Shown here piece after piece: positions 27,953-35,976 of a stretch of 64,000 nucleotides of DNA. Within the stretch, counting starts at the first letter, position 1; each line of letters begins with the position of its first letter. The notes beneath the pieces are model-generated. The model did no database searches, had not been told where the DNA came from, and saw nothing but the letters and a program-made list of their open reading frames with translations. A program made the translations under genes and the position numbers. The DNA comes from Acidimicrobiia bacterium (GTDB lineage Bacteria > Actinomycetota > Acidimicrobiia > Acidimicrobiales > JANYDT01), in the NCBI GenBank assembly GCA_031418775.1, contig JANOJN010000016.1, positions 5,771 to 69,770 on the forward strand, written 5' to 3'.

Positions 27953-28978
27953 ATGGAAGACCTCCTCAGAAATATCGCGCTCATCACTGGTGGTGTGGTC
28001 GGCTTCGTCGCCGTCTTCCTGATCATCTACGCGCTTATCAACCAACTTCCCCGGGGCATCCGGGAGAAGCTCCAAGCGGTCCCGTTCATCATCTTTGCGC
28101 TGATCTTCGCGATCGGTGGATTGATGGTTTCCGCCGTTCGCACAGCGATTGCCAGCGTGCTCGACGACACCGGCAAGAAGTTTGTCGGCCTTGGCAACTA
28201 CCGAGAAATCTGGGATCAACTCGATAGCCGACTCGCTGTCGTCAACAGCTTCGTCTGGGTGTTCGTCGGGACCAGCGTTACGGTCGCGATCGGGCTCATG
28301 ATTGCCCGCTTCGCCGACGGCATGCGAGGTGAGCGAATCGCCAAGACTCTGATCTTTCTCCCGGTGGCGATCTCGCTCGTCGGCGCCGGTATCACGTGGC
28401 GGTTCATCTATGCCGAGAAGGGCTTCTCCTTCGACGCCGGGCTTCTGAACGCCGTGACCAAGGCCGCCCACCTTCCGGATTCCATGGGCGGAGGACCCGA
28501 AGGCCGGAATTGGCTTCTCGAACGCGGCTTCGGCGGCCTCACACCGCCCAGTTGGGGCCCTGGGTTCAACACGCTTCTTCTGATCGTGATCTTCATCTGG
28601 GCCCAAATCGGCATTGCCACCGTCGTGCTTTCCGCGGCGATCAAGGGTGTACCCCAGGAACTGCTCGAAGCAGCGATCGTCGACGGCGCCACGAGCAACG
28701 AGACGTTCTTCAAGGTGACGATTCCTTACATCAAGGGGACGATCGCCACGGTCACCTCGCTTGTTGCCCTCGGCTCGCTCAAGGCGTTCGACACGGTGGC
28801 GGCGGCGACCGGCGGACGCTTCGGAACCAGCACGATCGCCAATGAGTTCTTTGTGAAGTTCTTTGTCCAGGACCGAAACGGCGTGGCGGCGGCACTCGCC
28901 ATGGTGCTGTTCGTGTTGTGTTTCCCGATCGTCGTTTGGAACCGGCGCGTGCAGCGTCGCATTGAGGAGACGAATTGA
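27953..28978 (+). CDS. sugar ABC transporter permease
   Basis: 341 aa, multi-TM, with EAA loop LLEAAIVDGATSNETFFKVTIPYIKG. Confidence 0.9.
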   Translation: MEDLLRNIALITGGVVGFVAVFLIIYALINQLPRGIREKLQAVPFIIFALIFAIGGLMVSAVRTAIASVLDDTGKKFVGLGNYREIWDQLDSRLAVVNSFVWVFVGTSVTVAIGLMIARFADGMRGERIAKTLIFLPVAISLVGAGITWRFIYAEKGFSFDAGLLNAVTKAAHLPDSMGGGPEGRNWLLERGFGGLTPPSWGPGFNTLLLIVIFIWAQIGIATVVLSAAIKGVPQELLEAAIVDGATSNETFFKVTIPYIKGTIATVTSLVALGSLKAFDTVAAATGGRFGTSTIANEFFVKFFVQDRNGVAAALAMVLFVLCFPIVVWNRRVQRRIEETN

Positions 28979-29925
28979 TGGCTGAGACCACTGTTGTGAA
29001 GCGGATCCGCCCTCGGCGGGTCAAGGAGTCAATGGGCACGTCAATCGCGGCGAGTGCACACACTCGAAGCGGCCGAATCCTCGTGTGGATGGTCGCACTT
29101 CTGTGGACGGTGCCGACCTTCGGTGTGTTCGTGTCGTCGTTCCGGCCGGAGGCCGACGTCAAGTCGACGGGATGGTGGACGTTCTTCCTCCACCCGACGC
29201 ACTTCACCTTCTCCAACTACAACAGCGTGCTGTCCACGGGTCCCGGGAGCGAAGGACTGAGCCATTTCCTGCTCAATTCCTTTCGCATTACGATTCCCTC
29301 GGTCATCATCTCGGTCGGGGTAGCGGCGCTTGCTGCCTACGGCTTCTCATGGATCGAGTTCAAGGGTCGCGACTGGCTCTACTCCCTCATTCTCGCCATG
29401 CTGATCGTGCCGTTGCAGATGTGTCTGATCCCGATCCTTCGGTTCTTCACCGGTGGCGTGCACATTGGTAACACGACAATCTTTCCCTACCTGCACCTCG
29501 ACAGTTCGGTTGTCGCCGTGTGGATCGCGCACAGCATTTTCGGGCTCCCCTTTGCCATCTTCCTCATGAAGAACTTCATCGGTGGGCTACCGAGAGAGAT
29601 CATCGAGGCCGCCCGCGTCGATGGTGCGTCCCACCTCGTCACGTTCACGCGGTTGGTAATACCTCTTTCGGTGCCATCGATCGCCTCCGTCGCGATCTTT
29701 CAGTTCGTCTACATCTGGAACGACTACCTCGTGGGTGTCGTCTTCGGTGGATCGAAGAACACGCCGATCATCGCGAAGATGGTCGAAGTCACCGGATCGC
29801 GAGGGCAGTCATGGCACTTGCTCACGGCTGCCGGCTTCGTGTCGATGGTGGTACCCGTCGTGGTGTTCCTCGCACTGCAGCGATTCTTCGTGCGAGGTCT
29901 GCTCGCCGGGTCGGTCAAGGGCTGA
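28975..29925 (+). CDS. sugar ABC transporter permease
   Basis: 316 aa, multi-TM, with EAA loop IIEAARVDGASHLVTFTRLVIPLSVP. The start overlaps the upstream stop (ATGA). Confidence 0.9.
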   Translation: MMAETTVVKRIRPRRVKESMGTSIAASAHTRSGRILVWMVALLWTVPTFGVFVSSFRPEADVKSTGWWTFFLHPTHFTFSNYNSVLSTGPGSEGLSHFLLNSFRITIPSVIISVGVAALAAYGFSWIEFKGRDWLYSLILAMLIVPLQMCLIPILRFFTGGVHIGNTTIFPYLHLDSSVVAVWIAHSIFGLPFAIFLMKNFIGGLPREIIEAARVDGASHLVTFTRLVIPLSVPSIASVAIFQFVYIWNDYLVGVVFGGSKNTPIIAKMVEVTGSRGQSWHLLTAAGFVSMVVPVVVFLALQRFFVRGLLAGSVKG

Positions 29926-29954
29926 ACCGACTTCCGCTCCCCGGGTCCGGCTGC

Positions 29955-31175
29955 TCAGCGCAGTAGGGACCGGGCGAGCGTGAGCGGGTTGCCGGTCGCC
30001 AGGCGGCGCTGTAGGCGCGGGCCGGCGTTGCGGAACACCTTCCACATCACCGACGCCATCTCCGCCGACCCCGCCTCGCCGCCGAGGTAGGTCGCCGCGA
30101 CCGCCGGGCTCAGTCGGAAGAACGAGTCGAAGAACGACCGGAGGTCGCGCTGGTTCATCGTGAGGACGCGACAGAGTCCGTACGTCTCGAGTCGCCTCGC
30201 CTTCACCCGGTCGTCACTCCACAGCGACTTCCAGATCTCACGGCTTGCATGGTCGAGGTCCACCCCCGAGCGCTCGAGCTGTGCCGCGATCGCCGTCGCG
30301 ATCCGTGGCGCCGATCGGAGGGATGCGGCCACGGAGTACCCCGTCGCGGGATGGACGAGTGACGCGGCCGCCCCAAGACCGATGGTGCGCTGCGTTCGGT
30401 GGGGGAGCGGCACATCCATCGGGAACGACACTCGCTCGATCCCGTGGATGTGCTTGATGACAAGACCATCAGCGCGCAGACGATCGTGGAGCCGCCGTTC
30501 GAGCTCATCGAATCCGAGCGCGGGACGACTGGCGAGAGCGGTCTCCTCCACCAGCCACCGTCCATCGATCGGAAGGGTGTACCCGAAGGTCGGGACGGTG
30601 CGCTCGGGCCCCCGCCAGTCCATGAGTGTGCATTCGCCGTCCGCAAGTAGAGGTCGTTCGAACTCGGCGATGATGCCGTACGCCACCTGGAATGCTGTCG
30701 GGGTCGTTCGCTCCTCCCGCTCGATGAAGCGTGATGTCGCGCCGGACCCGTCGAGGACCAAGGAGGAACGGAGCGCCTTTCCCTCGGTGACCTCGACGGT
30801 GGTTCCGGAACGGTCGTGGGTGACCTGTGTTGCCGTGCCACGGCGTACCGTCAACGAGCCGCCCTCGGCTGTTGCCCGCAAGGCCGACGCGAGCGCGGCG
30901 TTGTCCAACCGTCCGTAGGGGCGCCCGGCCACCTGATCGCGATCACCGATCACGTTGACCGTGTCGAACACCTCCGCCCACATGTCGGCGCTGGGCATGA
31001 GTTCGGTGACGGTTGCGTCGATCTGGTCGACCCACGCTCCGTAGGTGTTCGTCCAGGCGCGGTCGGGGTCCGGAGCGACGAGGGTGACGCTCAGTCCGGT
31101 CGGTGCGAGAGCTGCCGCGGCGGACCACGCTGCTGGGCCCGAGCCGAGGATGACGATGTCGGTCGCCTTGGCCAC
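29955..31175 (-). CDS. lycopene cyclase family (CrtY/CrtL-type FAD-dependent) protein
   Basis: N-terminal dinucleotide fold DIVILGSGPAAWSAAAAL, a 406-aa length and a general resemblance to lycopene beta/epsilon cyclases. Assignment is from recollection only. Confidence 0.65.
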   Translation of the reverse strand: MAKATDIVILGSGPAAWSAAAALAPTGLSVTLVAPDPDRAWTNTYGAWVDQIDATVTELMPSADMWAEVFDTVNVIGDRDQVAGRPYGRLDNAALASALRATAEGGSLTVRRGTATQVTHDRSGTTVEVTEGKALRSSLVLDGSGATSRFIEREERTTPTAFQVAYGIIAEFERPLLADGECTLMDWRGPERTVPTFGYTLPIDGRWLVEETALASRPALGFDELERRLHDRLRADGLVIKHIHGIERVSFPMDVPLPHRTQRTIGLGAAASLVHPATGYSVAASLRSAPRIATAIAAQLERSGVDLDHASREIWKSLWSDDRVKARRLETYGLCRVLTMNQRDLRSFFDSFFRLSPAVAATYLGGEAGSAEMASVMWKVFRNAGPRLQRRLATGNPLTLARSLLR

Positions 31176-31213
31176 CCGACCATCTTGGCCGCTTCTCGGG
31201 GCTCGTTGTTCGA

Positions 31214-31310
31214 GTCAGGTCGGTGTTCTGATCACGTTGAGCTGGCTGAGCGCGGTGTTTGTTGTGCGGGTCAGGTCGGTGTTCTGATCACGTTGAGCTG
31301 GCTGAGCGCG
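31214..31310. repeat. 41-bp perfect direct repeat (31214-31254 and 31270-31310) duplicating the 3' end of the SPFH gene
   Basis: GTCAGGTCGGTGTTCTGATCACGTTGAGCTGGCTGAGCGCG occurs twice, 15 bp apart. The right copy encodes the last 12 codons plus the stop of the SPFH gene. Confidence 0.9.
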
Positions 31311-32203
31311 ATCAGATCACGGAACTGCTTCTCCATGCCCTGCGGTGATCCGTCAAGGAACAAGACGTTGCCCTGCCCGTTCTCGGCCACATGACGGATC
31401 GCTTCGGTCCACATCGCGAAGAGGATGAGGGCAGTGTCGACGTTCTCGGCTTCAAGCTGCTTGGCCGATTCGGCGAGGCCCTTCGCGACCTCTTCGCGGA
31501 ACAGCGCCACGCCCTGGCCGCGGAGCTGCGACGCGTTGCGCTCCGCGGATGCGGCGATCTGGATGGCGTTGCCTTCGGCTTCGGCTTCCTTGGTCTTGCG
31601 GATGAGGAGCGCGTCGCCTTCATTGGTTGCGGCCGCCTTGAGGTTGTTCGACGCCACGACCTGGGCCATCGACTGGGTGATCACCGAGTCGAACGTGATG
31701 TCGTTCAGGGCAAGATCGATCAGGTGGTAACCCCACCCTTCCAAGGTGGCGTCGAGCTGGTCCTTGACCTCTTCGACGATCTCGCGTCGAAGCCCGAGGA
31801 TCTCCGCCTGGCGTTTCGTCGCCACGAAGCCGCGCGTCGATCCTTCGATCGTCCGGATCAGCGCAGTCGAGAAGTCATCGGCGCTCTGGAACTTGAACGC
31901 CACGTTCTTGAGGGTCTCCTCCTTCTCGTTGAAGACCGCGTAGAGGAGCATCGCCTTGAAGTAGACGTTTGCCTGGTCCTGGGTGATCGCCTGGAACTCG
32001 ATCTCGATGGAGCGGTTCTGGATCGAGATGCGACGGGAGACCTTCTCGATCAGCGGGATGAGGAAGTTCAGCCCGGGGCGGAGGATGCGGCGGTACTTGC
32101 CGAAGATGGTGACGACGGCGATGTTGCCCTGCTCCACGGTCTTGACGGAGAAGACGAGGAGCAGGAGGAAGAGTCCAACAAGGACAAGAACGGCAGGACC
32201 CAT
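31271..32203 (-). CDS. SPFH/band-7 (stomatin/prohibitin-like) family protein
   Basis: From the internal ATG: TM helix MGPAVLVLVGLFLLLLVF, then VEQGNIAVVTIFGKYRRILRPGLNFLIPLIEKV, the typical SPFH domain start. Confidence 0.85.
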   Translation of the reverse strand: MGPAVLVLVGLFLLLLVFSVKTVEQGNIAVVTIFGKYRRILRPGLNFLIPLIEKVSRRISIQNRSIEIEFQAITQDQANVYFKAMLLYAVFNEKEETLKNVAFKFQSADDFSTALIRTIEGSTRGFVATKRQAEILGLRREIVEEVKDQLDATLEGWGYHLIDLALNDITFDSVITQSMAQVVASNNLKAAATNEGDALLIRKTKEAEAEGNAIQIAASAERNASQLRGQGVALFREEVAKGLAESAKQLEAENVDTALILFAMWTEAIRHVAENGQGNVLFLDGSPQGMEKQFRDLIALSQLNVIRTPT

Positions 32204-32285
32204 CGACGCAAACCTCCGGCGGCGACGAACGGGTGCCGTGCCGCTCCGCGAACGTATACCAAGGACTCGCCTGTCTGGCGCTGCG

Positions 32286-32978
32286 CTAGTAGAAGCCCTC
32301 ACGGCGCGCGTAGCGGGCAGCCCGTTCGGCGTCATAGACCGCGGCATCGAACTCCGGATCGCTCTGGGCGTTGATGACCTTCAGAATTTCGCCGTTGCTG
32401 GGAAGGCTCGTCCGGTCCTGAAAGGTCGAGGGGTCCCACAGGTGCGAGCGAATGAAGGCCTTCGAACACTGCGTGAACGCTTCTTCGATTTCGACGACGA
32501 TGCCGAGGCGCGGCACGCTGCCTTCATGCTCACACGGGGCAAGAAGGTCGCGGTCATCGGTAATCCACGCTCGGCCATTGACGCGGAACGTATCGGTGAT
32601 GCCCGGGAGGACGAAGAGCAGGCCGACGTGCGGATTGGCGATGATGTTGCGGAGGGTGTCGGCAAGACGGTTGCCGGGGCGTTCCGGTATGACGAGGGTA
32701 CGGTCGTCGAGGATCCTGACGAAGCCTGCCGGATCTCCGCGCGGGCTGACGTCGCAGTCTCCAGTCGGGCTCGATGTCGCAATGCACAAGAACGGAGAAC
32801 GCTCGATGAAGCCACGGGTGAGCTGGTTCAGCGAGTCCGTGACCTTCATGCAGACGGCCTTGGCGGGTTCGCCGATCACGCTTCGCAGCTCGGCGACGCT
32901 CGCCAATCGGCGAATCTCGCGGCCCAGAACCGACCCGCTCGTCGGTTCGTCGACTGTGACATCGGTCGTCGTATCCAC
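32286..32978 (-). CDS. pyridoxamine 5'-phosphate oxidase (PPOX-class) family flavoprotein
   Basis: FIERSPFLCIATSSPTGDCDVSPRGDPAGFVRILDDRTLVIPERPGNRLADTLRNIIANPHVGLLFVLPG resembles the MSMEG_1061-type FMN-binding split-barrel family. Confidence 0.75.
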   Translation of the reverse strand: MDTTTDVTVDEPTSGSVLGREIRRLASVAELRSVIGEPAKAVCMKVTDSLNQLTRGFIERSPFLCIATSSPTGDCDVSPRGDPAGFVRILDDRTLVIPERPGNRLADTLRNIIANPHVGLLFVLPGITDTFRVNGRAWITDDRDLLAPCEHEGSVPRLGIVVEIEEAFTQCSKAFIRSHLWDPSTFQDRTSLPSNGEILKVINAQSDPEFDAAVYDAERAARYARREGFY

Positions 32979-33027
32979 CGATTCAGGGTATCGGGACGAC
33001 GGCGGTGGCCAGGCGAATTACTCTTAC

Positions 33028-34785
33028 GTGGTGAGTACGACCGAAGAACAGTCAAGATTTGCCGATCTCGGACTCCGCCCTGAGCTCCTCAGCTCCGTGG
33101 AATCGCTGGGCTACGAGGAGCCAACCCCGATCCAGCGCGAGGCGATCCCGCTGATGCTGAGCGGTCGAGACCTCCTCGGGCAGGCGGCAACCGGCACCGG
33201 AAAAACCGCGGCTTTCGCGCTCCCGATCCTCCAGCAAATCCCCGAAAGCAAGGGAAAACCGGAGCCCTTCGCGCTGGTTCTCGTTCCGACGCGCGAGCTC
33301 GCCGTCCAGGTCTCGGAAGCTATGTACAAATACGGTCGCGTGCTCGGAGCGCGCGTCCTTCCGGTCTACGGCGGTCAGCCGATCGGTCGCCAGCTGCAGG
33401 CGCTCTCGGGTGGCGTGCACGTAGTCGTCGCCACTCCTGGTCGCGCAATGGACCACATCGCCCGCGGCACCCTCGCCCTCGACAAGATCAAGATCGTGGT
33501 GCTCGACGAGGCGGACGAGATGCTCGACATGGGCTTCGCTGAAGACATTGAAGAGATCCTCAAGTCGACCCCATCGGATCGTCAGACCGTCATGTTCTCG
33601 GCGACGCTTCCTCCTCGCATCATGGGCATCGCCAAGCGCCATCTCAACGACCCGCTAAAAGTGCAGATCGGGCTCGGTGACACGAAGCCGGGCAAGGCCC
33701 TCATCCGTCAGGCGGTCTACGTCGTGCAGCGGTCCCACAAGGCTGCCGCGCTCGGTCGAGTACTCGACGTCGAGGCTCCCCGAGCCGCACTGGTCTTCTG
33801 CCGCACACGTACTGAAGTGGAACAGCTGACCGAGACGATGAACGGCCGCGGCTATCGCGCTGAGGCGCTCCACGGAGGTCTGGGACAGGAGTCCCGCGAT
33901 CGGGTCATGGGGCGCATCCGGACGGGCGCCACCGAACTTGTCATCGCCACCGACGTGGCCGCCCGCGGTCTCGACATCGACTCGCTCACCCATGTCGTGA
34001 ACTACGACGTCCCGTCGGCTCCGGAGGCATATGTCCACCGCATCGGTCGCGTCGGGCGCGCCGGTCGGGAAGGCACTGCGATCACTCTCGCCGAGCCACG
34101 TGAACAGCGTCTGCTCGAGAACATCGAGCGGCTGACCAAGCAGAAGATCGCCATCGAGAAGGTCCCGTCGGTCGCCGACCTCCGGGCCAAGCAGATGGAG
34201 CTCACCGTCGAGACGATTCGTACGGCGTTGACCGCCGACGACCTCGAGAACTATGCGGGCATCCTCGATCAGTTCTCCGAGACCGAGCTCCGCGACGTTG
34301 CGCTCGCAGCAATCCGTCTGGCTCACCTCGCGAACGGCGCGACGGTCGACGACAAGGAGATTCCCGACGCGTCCTCGCGCATGCAGCGTGGCGCCGGCGA
34401 GACCAAGGGCCGATTCGACCGAGGAGGCACCGACCGGTGGAACGACGATGGTCCGCGTAAGCGGCCGCCGAGCAAGGGCGGAAGCGGTGAGTGGGCCGAG
34501 CGTCCGGCCCGACCCGCCGGTGCGCCGAAGGGCGGTTCCGGCGGTCCCACAGCCAAGCTCTACATCGGCCTCGGCCACAAGGACGGTGTGCGAGCAGGCG
34601 ACCTCGTCGGCTCCATCGCGAACGAGAGCGGACTCACGGGCCGCGACATCGGACCCATCAAGATCGCGGAGCACTTCTCCGTCGTCGGTGTGCCCGACGG
34701 CTCGGCGGAGGACGTGATCGCCGTGATGCGCAAGGTCATGCTCCGCGGCAAGAAGGTCACCGTCCGCCGCTTCGTCGAAGACTGA
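33028..34785 (+). CDS. DEAD-box ATP-dependent RNA helicase (DeaD/CsdA-like with C-terminal DbpA-type RNA-binding domain)
   Basis: Q motif FADLGL...GYEEPTPIQ, AATGTGKT, DEAD (VLDEADEM), SAT, HGGL..., YVHRIGRVGRAG, and the C-terminal KLYIGLGHKDGVRAGDLVGSIANE. The part of the ORF upstream of the GTG at 33028 is antisense to the PPOX gene. Confidence 0.9.
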   Translation: MVSTTEEQSRFADLGLRPELLSSVESLGYEEPTPIQREAIPLMLSGRDLLGQAATGTGKTAAFALPILQQIPESKGKPEPFALVLVPTRELAVQVSEAMYKYGRVLGARVLPVYGGQPIGRQLQALSGGVHVVVATPGRAMDHIARGTLALDKIKIVVLDEADEMLDMGFAEDIEEILKSTPSDRQTVMFSATLPPRIMGIAKRHLNDPLKVQIGLGDTKPGKALIRQAVYVVQRSHKAAALGRVLDVEAPRAALVFCRTRTEVEQLTETMNGRGYRAEALHGGLGQESRDRVMGRIRTGATELVIATDVAARGLDIDSLTHVVNYDVPSAPEAYVHRIGRVGRAGREGTAITLAEPREQRLLENIERLTKQKIAIEKVPSVADLRAKQMELTVETIRTALTADDLENYAGILDQFSETELRDVALAAIRLAHLANGATVDDKEIPDASSRMQRGAGETKGRFDRGGTDRWNDDGPRKRPPSKGGSGEWAERPARPAGAPKGGSGGPTAKLYIGLGHKDGVRAGDLVGSIANESGLTGRDIGPIKIAEHFSVVGVPDGSAEDVIAVMRKVMLRGKKVTVRRFVED

Positions 34786-34814
34786 TCAGCGGGACTGCAC
34801 CCGCGGGCTGAGCT

Positions 34815-35240
34815 TCAGCCGTTGAGGACGACCTCGGCGAGGTAGCCGTCGGGGTCGCGGAACGCGAAGAAGCGCTGCGTGCCGAACTCGCGGACATCTC
34901 CGGTCGACGCGCCCGCGGCAACGAGGCGAGCCAGCAGTTCGTCGAACGCCTCCATGTCCGTCGCTCGGAAGGAGGCGTGATCGAAGCGAGCCGTGCCATA
35001 GAACACGGCTGCCGGCGGAGTGAGGAGTTCCGGAGCATCACCGAGAGCGACCTCGGTGGCCTGCAGGGTCGTGCCGCTGCTCAGTGGGATGAGGACGATC
35101 TTGCGTCCGTCGCCGCCCACCCGAGGGAACCCCGTCAGCGGCTCGATGCCGAAGATGCTCCGGTAGAACTCGGTGAGCCGATCGACGTCCCTCGACGACG
35201 TGGACACGTGGTCAAATCCGCTTACAAGTGCTCGACTCAT
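34815..35240 (-). CDS. VOC (glyoxalase/bleomycin-resistance/dioxygenase) family protein
   Basis: 141 aa from the internal ATG. FDHVSTSSRDVDRLTEFYRSIFG...FDHASFRATDMEAFDEL...FRDPDGYLAEVV shows the paired beta-alpha-beta-beta-beta modules. Confidence 0.8.
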   Translation of the reverse strand: MSRALVSGFDHVSTSSRDVDRLTEFYRSIFGIEPLTGFPRVGGDGRKIVLIPLSSGTTLQATEVALGDAPELLTPPAAVFYGTARFDHASFRATDMEAFDELLARLVAAGASTGDVREFGTQRFFAFRDPDGYLAEVVLNG

Positions 35241-35358
35241 GGTTCGTCTCCGTTCGGGTGGGCTCGGTCCGGAGCCGCGACGACGCAACCTACTTGCCCT
35301 CGTCGAGACATGTGGATTGTCGGCGACGGCTTCGGGGCACCCTCGGTAGCGTGACCTT

Positions 35359-35940
35359 ATGGATGATCGGACCGAAAAGGCCGTAAGAGCACTCACTTCG
35401 TCGCCGCTGTTCCCGTTCGAAGGTGAATTCGGACTGAAGACATTGGGTGCCCCGATGGAGAGTGAACTCGTTCGAGACGGCGAGGATGGCAAGCCCTGTC
35501 ACTCGTGTGGTGCGGATGACAGGGTGCTCTGGCGCAACGGACGATGGAAGCTCACCTCCTTCCGACCGTCTGCCAACCCCGTCGGGCTATTCCTCGAGAC
35601 CATTGATCACATCGACTTCGATCACTTTGACGATGGCTTGGCAGCTGAGTTCGGTCGGCTCACCTGGCGTCTCGAAACGGCGATCAGGACGATCGAATCC
35701 GTTGGGCGAGTGCACGTGCATCGTTGGGGCGACGGTTCGTCGCACTTCCATGTCTGGTTCCAAGGCCGACCTGCGCGTCAGGTCGAGCTCTACGGATGGG
35801 GAGACGTTCTCTGGTCCCAACTGCTTCCACCGCTTGACGCGTCGGTGATCGACGCCAACCATCGCCGGGTAGTTGTGCACTTCGCTCGGGCGGTGGGCGG
35901 CACAGTGGTGGACCTCCGGCGATCAAGCTCTGAGCGTTGA
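35359..35940 (+). CDS. hypothetical protein (HIT-like features: CHSCG...HVHRWGDGSSHFHVWF)
   Basis: 193-aa ORF with good composition. The Cys-x-x-Cys near the N-terminus and the His-x-His-x-hydrophobic stretch resemble degenerate HIT-family proteins. Function not established. Confidence 0.5.
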   Translation: MDDRTEKAVRALTSSPLFPFEGEFGLKTLGAPMESELVRDGEDGKPCHSCGADDRVLWRNGRWKLTSFRPSANPVGLFLETIDHIDFDHFDDGLAAEFGRLTWRLETAIRTIESVGRVHVHRWGDGSSHFHVWFQGRPARQVELYGWGDVLWSQLLPPLDASVIDANHRRVVVHFARAVGGTVVDLRRSSSER

Positions 35941-35976
35941 GCCCCGAGACCGGTTCCGGGAGTCCTTCGCCGCCGC

